IMG/VR virus record: IMGVR_UViG_3300029705_000018
DNA: 64,000 bases
Strand: one strand, 5' to 3'
DNA from: a virus
Lineage: Duplodnaviria; Heunggongvirae; Uroviricota; Caudoviricetes
Under the pieces are notes generated by a model that did not search any database, was not told the DNA's origin, and saw only the letters and a program-made list of their open reading frames with translations. Below, in pieces: positions 48,028 through 57,500 of the stretch. Numbering within the stretch: position 1 is the stretch's first letter; each line of letters starts with the position of its first letter. The translations under genes and the position numbers were made by a program.

Positions 48028-48335
48028 TTATAAATGGCGTGCGCTGGCGGGTCCGGTTGGTCTCGCCAGCCCATCCAATGCTACTTACGCCTTGGAGAAC
48101 TCACGCTCTTGGAGTTTGTGATAAAGTCACATAGACTATATGTATAGACAAGACTCTTTCCCCTCAACAACTAAAAGAAGTCTTATGTCATGAATTAGTT
48201 CATGCTTTTATGTTTAGCTATGCTGTGGATTTATCATATGATGAAGAGGAAATGGTAGCAGAGCTTATGACTGAATATGGAGAAGATATATTAGAACGGA
48301 CAAACGCGATTTATAATGGTATAAAAATGAAATAA
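48024..48335 (+). CDS. HExxH zincin-like small protein of 103 aa (SprT/ImmA-IrrE-like motif ...ICIDKTLSPQQLKEVLCHELVHAF...) with 1 in-frame TAG at 48132. Not present in the ORF track.
   Basis: ATG 48024 overlaps the upstream TGA (ATGA). Frame 0 is continuous to the TAA at 48333-35 and was hand-translated codon by codon. Confidence 0.5.
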
Positions 48336-48380
48336 GGGTCGATTATGAATAATCATAATCGACCCCTTATTTTTTTTTGG
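48331..48380. terminator. Bidirectional terminator at the junction where the plus and minus modules converge
   Basis: aataagggtcgattatga...tcataatcgaccccttatt hairpin flanked by a T-run on plus and an A-run on minus. Confidence 0.65.
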
Positions 48381-48381
48381 T

Positions 48382-48840
48382 TTAATCAACAACGTCGTCA
48401 TTATCAACTTTTAAGTCTAAAGCCATAGCCTTATCATAATAGATTTTAGCTTGACCGTTGCCACCCAAACCAGTATATAATTTATAGAACTCGGTTAACT
48501 GTTCCATCTGTGCAGGAGTAATATATCCCTGAGCTAAGAATCCTTTGCATAATTGTACTAAGCGGAAACGATAAGAAGCAATAATCAGATTCATATGAGT
48601 CTTCTCGATGTTCTCAGTTTCTCTGATATATTTTCTTAGTTCCTCTAATTCCTGATATACTGGTTCTAAATGGATCTCAATGGTGTCCTCGACATGTTGT
48701 CTCTCTTGGGCGGCGGCTAATTCTCTAGCGTTTCTTAATTCACGATTCAATTCACGAGTTTTGAACTTAGCATAACCAATTACACCGGCACTGATAAGAG
48801 CAAACAAAATCTCCATACCCCACTCAGCTAATAATTCCAT
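48382..48840 (-). CDS. Hypothetical protein of 152 aa with an N-terminal transmembrane helix followed by coiled coil
   Basis: Intact ORF. TAA stop. RBS AAAGGGGG. Confidence 0.6.
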   Translation of the reverse strand: MELLAEWGMEILFALISAGVIGYAKFKTRELNRELRNARELAAAQERQHVEDTIEIHLEPVYQELEELRKYIRETENIEKTHMNLIIASYRFRLVQLCKGFLAQGYITPAQMEQLTEFYKLYTGLGGNGQAKIYYDKAMALDLKVDNDDVVD

Positions 48841-48904
48841 TTAAAGTATCCCCCTTTCTAACTTCTCTGACATTTATAAGAAGTTGGATAGGGGGATTTA
48901 TTAG

Positions 48905-49390
48905 TTAGGACCAATCGAATACTTCGACCTTATTTTTGGTATAATGAGCGCCAATACAAATAGCATCACATTCATCCTGTGTTGGTTTTACATTATAGGT
49001 TTTTACAACCCAATCTTGTGCGGCTTTCTTCTAGGCTGGACGATCTTTTCCCTTGATACCAAGAGAAGATTTCCAGACGGTAGAAAGAACGGCGGTTCGA
49101 GGCATTTTCATTTCAACAAATAATTCATGTAAAACGCCAAATACCTCAGCCAATGCTTTAAAGGTGGCTACATTATTGACAACATTATTTTGAAGTTGAA
49201 TATCTTCAAAGACGACTTCGTCAATATCAAACTTCTCAATTAAACCAATAACTTCCTTGCGAATAAAGTGAAGTCTATCTCCAACATCGGTTTGAGTTGC
49301 GGAGAACTTGCCATAATTGTAAAGTTCACCATCATCAAATACTGCCCAACCAGTCACGCGACTGGCCTGGTCCAATGCAAGAGTTCTCAC
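48905..49390 (-). CDS. ruvC: RuvC-like Holliday junction resolvase of 161 aa. The C-terminal catalytic motif (DECDAICIGAHY) is reached only by reading the TAG at 49031-33 as sense.
   Basis: N-terminus MRTLALDQASRVTGWAVFD matches RuvC motif I. After the TAG the frame runs 42 more codons to the TAA at 48905-07. Those codons resemble RuvC ...QADAADALAIAITH. GTG start overlaps the dUTPase TGA. Confidence 0.8.
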
Positions 49391-49926
49391 TTAGAAGTAG
49401 AACCGAATCCGCCAGTGCGTTCGCCCATTACCACATCATCAGAAGTGATACCATATGGAAGAATGGTTGCCTGACCGATTGCGTCACCTTTCTTAATTTG
49501 AATATTAAATGGAGATAGATTGTAAATCTGGAAGAAAATCTCACCTTCATTATCGGGGTTATTGTAGTAATCAGCATCGATAATACCAATGCCGTTACCC
49601 AACATCAACCAATATTTCAAGGGAGAGGAACTGCGGACACTTAGTTGTAACCAAGAGCCAGGATCTAACTTACACTTCATTCCAGTAGAAACAAGAGTTG
49701 GCTTGAAACCAATCTTCTTAGTAAAGTCAGCCATTTGTTCCAGACTTACATATTCATCGACCTCAACAGGCCATAATAATTTTGCTTCTTCACACATCAA
49801 AGGAAGAGAAGGAATTACATAATCCTCTGCGGCGACCATGTCATATCCTGCGGATTGACTGGTTTTACGGACCGGCATAGCTAAGTCCGCGTCCGCATAC
49901 TTAGAAACTTTTTCAAAATGTGCCAT
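49387..49926 (-). CDS. dut: dUTPase / dCTP deaminase family protein, 179 aa
   Basis: Motifs SAGYDM, RSS, GIIDADY and GERTGGFGST. TGA stop. Confidence 0.85.
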   Translation of the reverse strand: MAHFEKVSKYADADLAMPVRKTSQSAGYDMVAAEDYVIPSLPLMCEEAKLLWPVEVDEYVSLEQMADFTKKIGFKPTLVSTGMKCKLDPGSWLQLSVRSSSPLKYWLMLGNGIGIIDADYYNNPDNEGEIFFQIYNLSPFNIQIKKGDAIGQATILPYGITSDDVVMGERTGGFGSTSK

Positions 49927-49931
49927 GATGA

Positions 49932-50174
49932 TTAACCCCTTTCATAAGTGACGGTATAAACATCCTCGGGGTCTTTCTCATTAGTGAAAATCTTAGTAGC
50001 AGTAACTACTTGATATTCTTCAATAACTTCACCCTTAGCCTTAATTTGCTTAGTCTTATAACTAAAAGCAGTTAGGTCAAAAGTGGGATCATCTAGTAAT
50101 TGTTCATGAAGAGCCTCAACATCGGCAATGGTGGGAACTCTATAAGTATCAACAGCTTTTAATAAATATTTCAT
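49932..50174 (-). CDS. Hypothetical protein, 80 aa
   Basis: Intact ORF. ATGA overlap with the upstream gene. Confidence 0.55.
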   Translation of the reverse strand: MKYLLKAVDTYRVPTIADVEALHEQLLDDPTFDLTAFSYKTKQIKAKGEVIEEYQVVTATKIFTNEKDPEDVYTVTYERG

Positions 50175-50449
50175 CTTATTACCTCTACAACAATATTATT
50201 TCGACTATAATTCATTTTTGAGTAAGCAAGAATATCTTCGGAAACAGCATTACCGAAAACACTATTGCCACTCAAATATACATGATCAATTTTCTTTTCA
50301 TTACTGATTGTACTGATTACCTCTGGAAGTCCTTCCATGGTGGTAATTGCTACGCACTCTTTATCTCCAGTATCTGTATCAACGATATAGACTCTCTGGT
50401 GCAAATCGAACATATGTAATTCACAATAAATTCTTTTCATTTCATTCAC
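50171..50449 (-). CDS. Hypothetical protein, 92 aa
   Basis: Intact ORF. GTG start. TGA stop. Confidence 0.5.
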   Translation of the reverse strand: MNEMKRIYCELHMFDLHQRVYIVDTDTGDKECVAITTMEGLPEVISTISNEKKIDHVYLSGNSVFGNAVSEDILAYSKMNYSRNNIVVEVIR

Positions 50450-50939
50450 CTACCTGAACTAAGCCACTATCATAAGGGAACAGATATAGACAGGTTGGGC
50501 CGTCATCTGTTTCCACCCAAATCTCCACGGCAGTGCCAGGTTCGTCGGGGTCAATGGCTTTAATTTTTCCCACATTTCGCAGACAATCAAGAACCTCTTG
50601 TGCGAAATACTGAGGCTCAATTAGTTTGAATACAGTAAAATAAGAAATCTCTTTACCGTAAAGCATATAGTATTTATTACGATACATTTCATGTAATGCT
50701 TCAATGGTTTGGATTGCCTTATTTAAATCAGCCAACTCAGGAAGCTGGGCGATAATTTGTTTATTCAAATCATATAGACCTAAATTCAAGCCTGCGCCAT
50801 CAGTTCTCATTGTAACCCAATGACCGTCATGATATACGCGAATTTCACCTGAAATGGAATCTTGAATTACTTCTCCTTCCATTGGTTCAAAATTGACTTG
50901 TGAAAGGTCCATTTTCTTGACAGTGAGTTTACTTCCCAT
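50442..50939 (-). CDS. Hypothetical protein, 165 aa
   Basis: Intact ORF downstream of the consensus promoter at 50970..50998. Confidence 0.6.
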   Translation of the reverse strand: MGSKLTVKKMDLSQVNFEPMEGEVIQDSISGEIRVYHDGHWVTMRTDGAGLNLGLYDLNKQIIAQLPELADLNKAIQTIEALHEMYRNKYYMLYGKEISYFTVFKLIEPQYFAQEVLDCLRNVGKIKAIDPDEPGTAVEIWVETDDGPTCLYLFPYDSGLVQVGE

Positions 50940-50969
50940 ATCAAGACCTCCTTTTACTCTTTATACTAA

Positions 50970-50998
50970 ATTATATCAATTTTTTTTATGTAAGTCAA
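50970..50998 (-). promoter_or_regulatory. Consensus promoter TTGACT-N17-TATAAT (minus strand). Identical 30-mer to the copy at 58562.
   Basis: Reverse complement reads TTGACT tacataaaaaaaattga TATAAT. Overlaps the nrdG stop and precedes gene 50442..50939. Confidence 0.7.
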
Positions 50999-51458
50999 TT
51001 ATACGCTGGTTGCGAGAGCCTCTCATTTCTAGAGTCAAATCTCGCTCTGCTTCAATATATGGACCGTCGATTAGGACGTCCGCTAATTCCAGACATGATT
51101 TGACATGAGGGTCGCCAGACCGCAATAATTCTTCATAAGTGTAGCCGCTCCAAATATATATCTTCACTTCTGGAAGCTTATGTCTTACCTCTTGGAGAAT
51201 CAAATTTACCAGAAAAGCATTTGCTTCACACAAAGGTTCACCGCCCATAATACATAAATTACGCTTGATTCCTTGTGCGGTTAGTCCTTCTAAAATCTTA
51301 TGTAAAGTATTATTTGTAAACTCCTTACCTCCATCAAAGGCCCAGGTGCCAGGATTATGACACCCAGGACAATGATGAGGACAGCCTTGTGTAAAAAAGC
51401 TTACACATAAACCTGGAGCAGCGGTGATATCATTTAGTATCAATCCACTGTATCTCAT
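50976..51458 (-). CDS. nrdG: Anaerobic ribonucleotide reductase activating protein (radical SAM)
   Basis: CxxxCxxC cluster GCPHHCPGCHNP. Length 160 aa. Adjacent to nrdD. Confidence 0.9.
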   Translation of the reverse strand: MRYSGLILNDITAAPGLCVSFFTQGCPHHCPGCHNPGTWAFDGGKEFTNNTLHKILEGLTAQGIKRNLCIMGGEPLCEANAFLVNLILQEVRHKLPEVKIYIWSGYTYEELLRSGDPHVKSCLELADVLIDGPYIEAERDLTLEMRGSRNQRIIDLHKKN

Positions 51459-51505
51459 AGTTATCTCTCTTTCTTATAGCGTAGCTAAGTTGTAGTTAGC
51501 AACAG

Positions 51506-53725
51506 TTAGGAAAATTGAGAATGCTTGACGCGGTGTTCAACCTCTGCTTGTTTTCCGTTGTTGAAATGGCGATAGTCAGTAGTCAAATAACCAGTTACAC
51601 GACGAAGCTGTTGAATATTCTGGCTTCCGCACTCGGGACAAGCATCATTGAACTCGCCTTGATAACCACAATCTAAGCAAGAGTCGATTGGGAAGTTGAA
51701 AGCTAAATAAGGGATATCTAGCTCTTTGAAAGCATAATCAATAATCTGCTCGATAGCCTTAGTATTCTTTACGAAAGTAGAATCCAATTCTACATAAGTG
51801 ATACAACCACCAGTAGGATACTTACAGAAAGGAGCTTCAATAGCTAACTTCTCAAAGATACCAACTTCCTGCCAAACAGGAACATGGTGACTGTTAGTCA
51901 AGAACTCCTTATCAGTAACATTAGGAATGATTCCATATTGCTTACGTAAGCCCTTCAGCGCGGTATGGCATAGACCTTCCGCAGGAGTAGCATAACAAGA
52001 GAAATTCAAATCGTGACGCTCGGAAGCTTCCTTAGCGTATTCATTGATTCTCTTGACAACCTTCAAAGCGAAAGCATGAACTTCGGAGTCTTCTGCGTGA
52101 TTCTTACCAAACAGAGCCTGGCACATTTCAGCAATACCGATATAACCCATAGCTAAAGTGCCGTGCTTCAATGCTTCATAGTTAGACATTTTGCACTTCT
52201 GAGCATCCTTCATAGTACCATTTTGATACATAAATGGAGCGGCCTCAGGTGGCTGATTAACCATAATATCAAAGCGCTCTAATAAACCTTGTTCACATAG
52301 CATCAATAAATCCTCAAACGCAGACCAGAAGCCGTCTAAGTCTGGGGTCTCACGCTCACCAAGGCAGATACCATATTCGATACCGAGCTTTGGCAAAATC
52401 ATAGTATTAGGAACAAGGTTACCACGTCCGACGCGATTATAAGATTTGCTGTGTCTGTCATAACCCAACATTGTGCGGCAACCCATTGTTGCGAAATATG
52501 TGTCAATATTATTTGGGTCTTCATGTGCTTCGGAATAATCACAATTGACAAAGTTGGGATAAATGCGCTTACTTAAAGATTCGATAGCCAACTGCTTCAA
52601 ATCATAGTTAGGATCTTCGGGATTAGCATTACAACCCTGCTTATATTGGAAAATACTAATTGGGAAAATAGGAGTTAGATGATGCTTACCAATACCAGAC
52701 AAGGAAGCCTCTAACATCTTGCGAGATACGAAACGACCTTCAACAGATTCGTCTCTACCAAAATTAATAGAAGTGAAAGGAACCTGAGAACCTGCGCGAG
52801 ACTCTAATGTATTCAAGTTGTGATACATAGCTTCGGCAGCCTGGGTGCCTTCGCGCTCAACCTGGCGGACCGCAAACTTATGTGCAGGATCATCTGCATA
52901 TGCGGGATTACCCATATCCAAATCGGGGAACTTGGCATGAATAACTAATTCAGCATCCTCTTCACTCATCTCTTGGACGTCAGTATAATACTGCATTAGC
53001 TTCTTCTTATAACTCTTCTTTACGAAAGGAGCCAAGTCATAATCCAAGTGAACAGTACCAACACCACCGAACTGAACTTGAGACTGGCACTGGTCAATAA
53101 CAGCAGTTTGTTGACAAGCACTACTGAAATTAGAAGGTGGTCTTACATCACCATTACGGGTTATAAAGCCATCGGTAAATAGCTTCTTCATATCAACGAA
53201 CAAGCAGTTATGCTGGCCGATATTAGTCTTTTCCATATCATGTTGATATAACAACATATTCTTGTGAGCATTTGAGACTTCTGGAGACAAAGTATAATCG
53301 AGGGCAATAATCTTCTGAATATCTGCGGAAGCCTCTTTCTCTCTACCAGAGAAGCTCTTTTCGTCAACATTAGCATTAGCATTTTCTACTGCAGTAGCTT
53401 CAATGCGCTTCATTACTGCTTTGACTAACTTGCTGCGACGAGTGCGCTCTTTACTACGCTGGTCGCGATATAGGATATATTCTTTTGCTACTTCTGGATA
53501 CTCGCTCTTCATCAAGTATCCTTCAACTAAATCTTGGATTTGCTCAACGCTCATATCAACATTGCGCTGACCAATTAAATCGGCAATCTCTTCGGCAGTT
53601 TCAGTCTCATAGACTGCGCCGTAAGTGCTAATCATAGCTTTGTTGATAGCTTGAACAATCTTATCGGGATTGAATAGAACTCTTGTTCCATCTCGTTTAA
53701 TTACATACATATATATTACCTCCAA
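51506..53725 (-). CDS. nrdD: Class III anaerobic ribonucleoside-triphosphate reductase
   Basis: N-terminal ATP-cone (VIKRDGTRVLFNPDKIVQAINKA). C-terminal Zn ribbon CLDCGYQGEFNDACPECG. Glycine-radical motif RRVTGYL. 739 aa. Confidence 0.9.
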   Translation of the reverse strand: MEVIYMYVIKRDGTRVLFNPDKIVQAINKAMISTYGAVYETETAEEIADLIGQRNVDMSVEQIQDLVEGYLMKSEYPEVAKEYILYRDQRSKERTRRSKLVKAVMKRIEATAVENANANVDEKSFSGREKEASADIQKIIALDYTLSPEVSNAHKNMLLYQHDMEKTNIGQHNCLFVDMKKLFTDGFITRNGDVRPPSNFSSACQQTAVIDQCQSQVQFGGVGTVHLDYDLAPFVKKSYKKKLMQYYTDVQEMSEEDAELVIHAKFPDLDMGNPAYADDPAHKFAVRQVEREGTQAAEAMYHNLNTLESRAGSQVPFTSINFGRDESVEGRFVSRKMLEASLSGIGKHHLTPIFPISIFQYKQGCNANPEDPNYDLKQLAIESLSKRIYPNFVNCDYSEAHEDPNNIDTYFATMGCRTMLGYDRHSKSYNRVGRGNLVPNTMILPKLGIEYGICLGERETPDLDGFWSAFEDLLMLCEQGLLERFDIMVNQPPEAAPFMYQNGTMKDAQKCKMSNYEALKHGTLAMGYIGIAEMCQALFGKNHAEDSEVHAFALKVVKRINEYAKEASERHDLNFSCYATPAEGLCHTALKGLRKQYGIIPNVTDKEFLTNSHHVPVWQEVGIFEKLAIEAPFCKYPTGGCITYVELDSTFVKNTKAIEQIIDYAFKELDIPYLAFNFPIDSCLDCGYQGEFNDACPECGSQNIQQLRRVTGYLTTDYRHFNNGKQAEVEHRVKHSQFS

Positions 53726-53729
53726 TTAA

Positions 53730-53760
53730 AAACCCTACATCTTGTGTAGAGGGCAAAATT
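53730..53760 (-). terminator. Rho-independent terminator (minus strand) after the kinase gene
   Basis: Reverse complement reads gccctctacacaagatgtaggg followed by tttttaatt. Confidence 0.55.
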
Positions 53761-53797
53761 TCTCTACTAAATATGGGTTTATGGATTGATCACTTAA

Positions 53798-54364
53798 TCA
53801 ATCTCGTCCTTGGGCGAATGTGGTCTCGGTCTGGTACACAATCTCTTCAGGGCCAGTCCAACCGTCCAATTCAGTGGCGTTTCTAATTTCAAAAAATGGG
53901 AAATCAATCTCGCCAAAATCAGAATAGTCAGCTAAGAAGCGACGACAAACTTCCTTGACGTCAGGATCTTCTTCTCGATTCAACTGACGCATTAGACGCA
54001 ACTTATCGGGCGTCCGCAAACGAATAGCTAGAACTTCACAATCCCCACGAGCCAAGAGATCATGGATGCCTTGAGGATTGAAAACTCCAACATTGATATT
54101 ATCTTCAACCACAGACTCGGTACTTGTGCCGTAATACCAATTATTGAACATTACACATTCAAGCATTTGGTCATTGTTAATTTTTTCTTTGAACTCATCC
54201 ATTGTGTGATAAAAATAATTCACACCATGCTGTTCACCCTGTCTCATAGGACGAGTAGTACAGCTAATAATTTTATGCCAGTCAGGTCTCATAGCGAGGA
54301 CCTTATTCAACATAAAGTCCTTGCCGGAGCCTGCCTCGCCAAACAAAGCAACGATTTTATACAT
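53798..54364 (-). CDS. Guanylate-kinase-like (d)NMP kinase of about 188 aa. The start is assumed to be the internal Met just before the P-loop.
   Basis: P-loop GEAGSGKD. TTRPMRQGEQHGVNYFY matches the guanylate kinase TTRxxRxGExxGxxYxF motif. ORF-track entry 53798..54400. Confidence 0.65.
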   Translation of the reverse strand: MYKIVALFGEAGSGKDFMLNKVLAMRPDWHKIISCTTRPMRQGEQHGVNYFYHTMDEFKEKINNDQMLECVMFNNWYYGTSTESVVEDNINVGVFNPQGIHDLLARGDCEVLAIRLRTPDKLRLMRQLNREEDPDVKEVCRRFLADYSDFGEIDFPFFEIRNATELDGWTGPEEIVYQTETTFAQGRD

Positions 54365-54365
54365 T

Positions 54366-54560
54366 TTATTCATCCTCGAACTCATATTCAATACTGCCAT
54401 TTTTAGTAGTGCTTGTTGTAGTCGTTCCGCAATTCAAACACTCATAGCAGTGCTGTGCAGGATAAGTACAGAGTGTATGAGTGCAACGCATGGGCTTACC
54501 GCACTCTTCACAGACAATCTGCACAACATACATAGCTTTTACTTTTCTTTTTTGGATCAT
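54366..54560 (-). CDS. Small Zn-ribbon protein, 64 aa
   Basis: Two CxxC pairs (CEECG...CYECLNCG). Confidence 0.5.
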   Translation of the reverse strand: MIQKRKVKAMYVVQIVCEECGKPMRCTHTLCTYPAQHCYECLNCGTTTTSTTKNGSIEYEFEDE

Positions 54561-57500
54561 TTATTCGTCTCCTTGATAACGAGCATCTAATAGTTTCAAA
54601 TCACCATTAGGATAAATTTTATCAATTTTATATAACTGGTGTCCACCAGTTGAAGCATACTTCTTAGAAATGAAATCATCACCAGAACGAATACCAGTTA
54701 CCACAATCATATTACCTCGATTGAACCAGGACTTTTCCATGATCTTCTTAGTTCCATCGGGTTGACGAGCAGAAATCTGCTTATCAAATAATGTGAAATA
54801 TTCTTTTCTAAATTTCACATTTACAACACCTGTGTTAGTCAAAATAGTAACTGTACTCTTAGTTTTATTCTTCGCGATACAAGTTCCGCAAATACGATTC
54901 AAGTGAAAGATATGGATTTCTTTGTCACCCTTTTTAAAAGTCTTTTCAATTACGGGGTCTTCTGGCAAAGCAAAGAAATCAACAAAGCCATACTTGTCAT
55001 TATTTACATGAGCCAATTCGTGCTCATGATAATAGAAGCACAATACTTCCATCTCCCATGCGGAGATACTGCCCTGGGCATATTTCTCCCAGTCTTCCAT
55101 GAAGATTTTTGTATTCAATGCTTCAAGGATTTCTTCCTTATCAGTAGCAATCCAATTTCTGAAAATGTTCATATACTTCTGATATACATTATCCCAAGTC
55201 TTGACTTTGATAAACCAAGCGAGATTATCGCTTTCCATCAAGTCTTCACATTCAATTTCATGTAAGAATGAAATTGCTCGTGGATCAAGACTATACATAT
55301 CTTTGTAAGCACATTCATCAGCCTTTGTAATTGCTTTTAGATAACGATTGAACTCATAAACTCTACGAGCCATAATTTGCTCTTCTGTGGATTCAGGTAA
55401 TAAACCATGCTTGATAAGACCACCCATATTCTGTAAAGTCAAACGGCTCTTCTTATCACAAGTCTCCCACAGATACCATGCCATTACGAAACGACGATCT
55501 TCCATATCATCAAAGGCACCGCCCTTGATTAGAGAAATCATTGCTTGCTTACCGGGCTTTACTTTCTGTAAGAAATCCTTGGGAGAAGCATATGGTCTAT
55601 TTGCGATGATTGCGGCGATAACATCATCGCCGACATTTAGCATACCTTTCAAACCAAACAGAATACGATTATTTTCCACGTCGGGAGCAAATCCAAATTG
55701 AGATTTATTGATATCAACCAGACTCACCTTGATGCCAGCCGCACGAATATCTCCAATTGCCTTAGCAATCTTACCATAGTCAGTGCTTGCGGTCTTACGA
55801 ATCTTACCAGACCGATCGGGCAGATCCTGGAAAGTCACGCCTTCGCTTAGGTCTTGTCCTTCTGGCTCATAAATATCAACAATCTCTTCTTCACTATTAT
55901 CTTCCAAAGAACCACTATTGACAATCAGACAAGCTGTATTCCAGTAGATGGGATTGAAATTCATGGCAAGATAAATAGATTGCATACCAACGAATGAATA
56001 AGGTAATGAGTGATTCAAGCTAAATGCGTATCCTAACTGAGGGGCAACCGCATTTTCCCAGAAGTAATTCGCAGAATTGACATGGTCAAATCTACTATAT
56101 ACATCCTCGCGCAACTGCGGAATCTTACTCATTTGCTTTTTACCGACAATCTTTCTTGCGGTATTTGCTTCACCTAATGTGAAGCCAGCGACATCCATCA
56201 ACAGTTCCATCATTTGCTCCTGGATTGCACAACAACCCCAATATTGATCACAATGCTTATGCATCAACGCAATCATATTAGAATCAAGTCCTGCTTGAAC
56301 CATTTCTCGATGAAACTCAGTCAAACCTTTCCGTTGAATACGGACGTATCTGTCCTGCTGAGACTCTTTGCCTTTTTCGCTCATCAGTCTCATCATGGCG
56401 TTTGCCGCAGTCATCTCCATAGGATTTTGAGGCTTCAACTTTTTCGCAATGGCTAGACCGACACCTGTGCTGAACTGAAACACGTCCAGAACATCACCGG
56501 CCGCAAGGTGATCCCAAATGCGCTGGTCAGTTGTATCCATTACTTCTGGATGGATATATTTATTATATAATTCACGCAAACTCAAATCTGGAATTACTTT
56601 ATCTGCTACCAAAAGTTCAAAACATTTAATAATCTTATCAGAAATTTCAGTAACCAGGAAGTCGTACTTAGTATCACCTGCGGCCTCAGCTTTATGTAGG
56701 TCATAACAGGTAATCAAGTCACCACTAGGAGTTCTCATAAAAGCTGCTGTATCAAATGGATCATCACCATATAAGATAACACCAGATGCGTGAGAAGAAC
56801 ATTTATTTACAAGTCCATCAATGGACTTGATAATATTTAGCAAACCAGGATACTGATTTACTTCTCGAATGAAAGCAACAACAGGCTTTCTGTCTTTACT
56901 TTCATTACCATTAACAACATCATCAATAGACCACAAAAAACCACGTTCCTGTGGGATTAGAGATGACATATATTGGGCTTGGTCGACATCAATTCCATCA
57001 GGAAAATCTTCACTTCGGTATCCTCGGCAGGCGGTAAGGATGGCTGATTTAGTTCCTTCTGTGCCGAAGGTTCCAACTTGGATAAGTCCAAGTTCACCTC
57101 TTTCTTTCCGAATTCTTCGAAAGATTTCTGGTCGCTTTGAGGGAGCGAGGTCAATATCAATATCGGGCAACTCAGCTCTTTCTTTGTTAAGAAAGCGCCA
57201 ATATGGTAACTTCCATCGTACTGGATCAAGTTGGGTGATACCCAAGAGATAGTTAGAGAGGAATCCAGTCGCTGAACCTCGTCCTGGACCAACGATACTG
57301 CCGCACTCCCAGAAGAGGTCAATATAGTGTTTGAATGTGTTGAAATAAGCGAAGAGACAATCTTCAAGCTTTCTTCCAATGTCGTCAATTACGTCTGCCT
57401 CCGTTTCAAGTCTATCCCAATATTCTCTCTTATCAATGAAGCCTTTTTCGTGCATACTCTTCAAGCATTCACCCAACCAATATCTCTCTTGATCATTACC

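Noticed and set aside
49387-54400. Possible TGA reassignment, as in some crAss-like lineages
   Set aside because: TGA terminates about 10 genes (dut, nrdG, kinase, HNH and others) at sensible positions. No long ORF shows an in-frame TGA.
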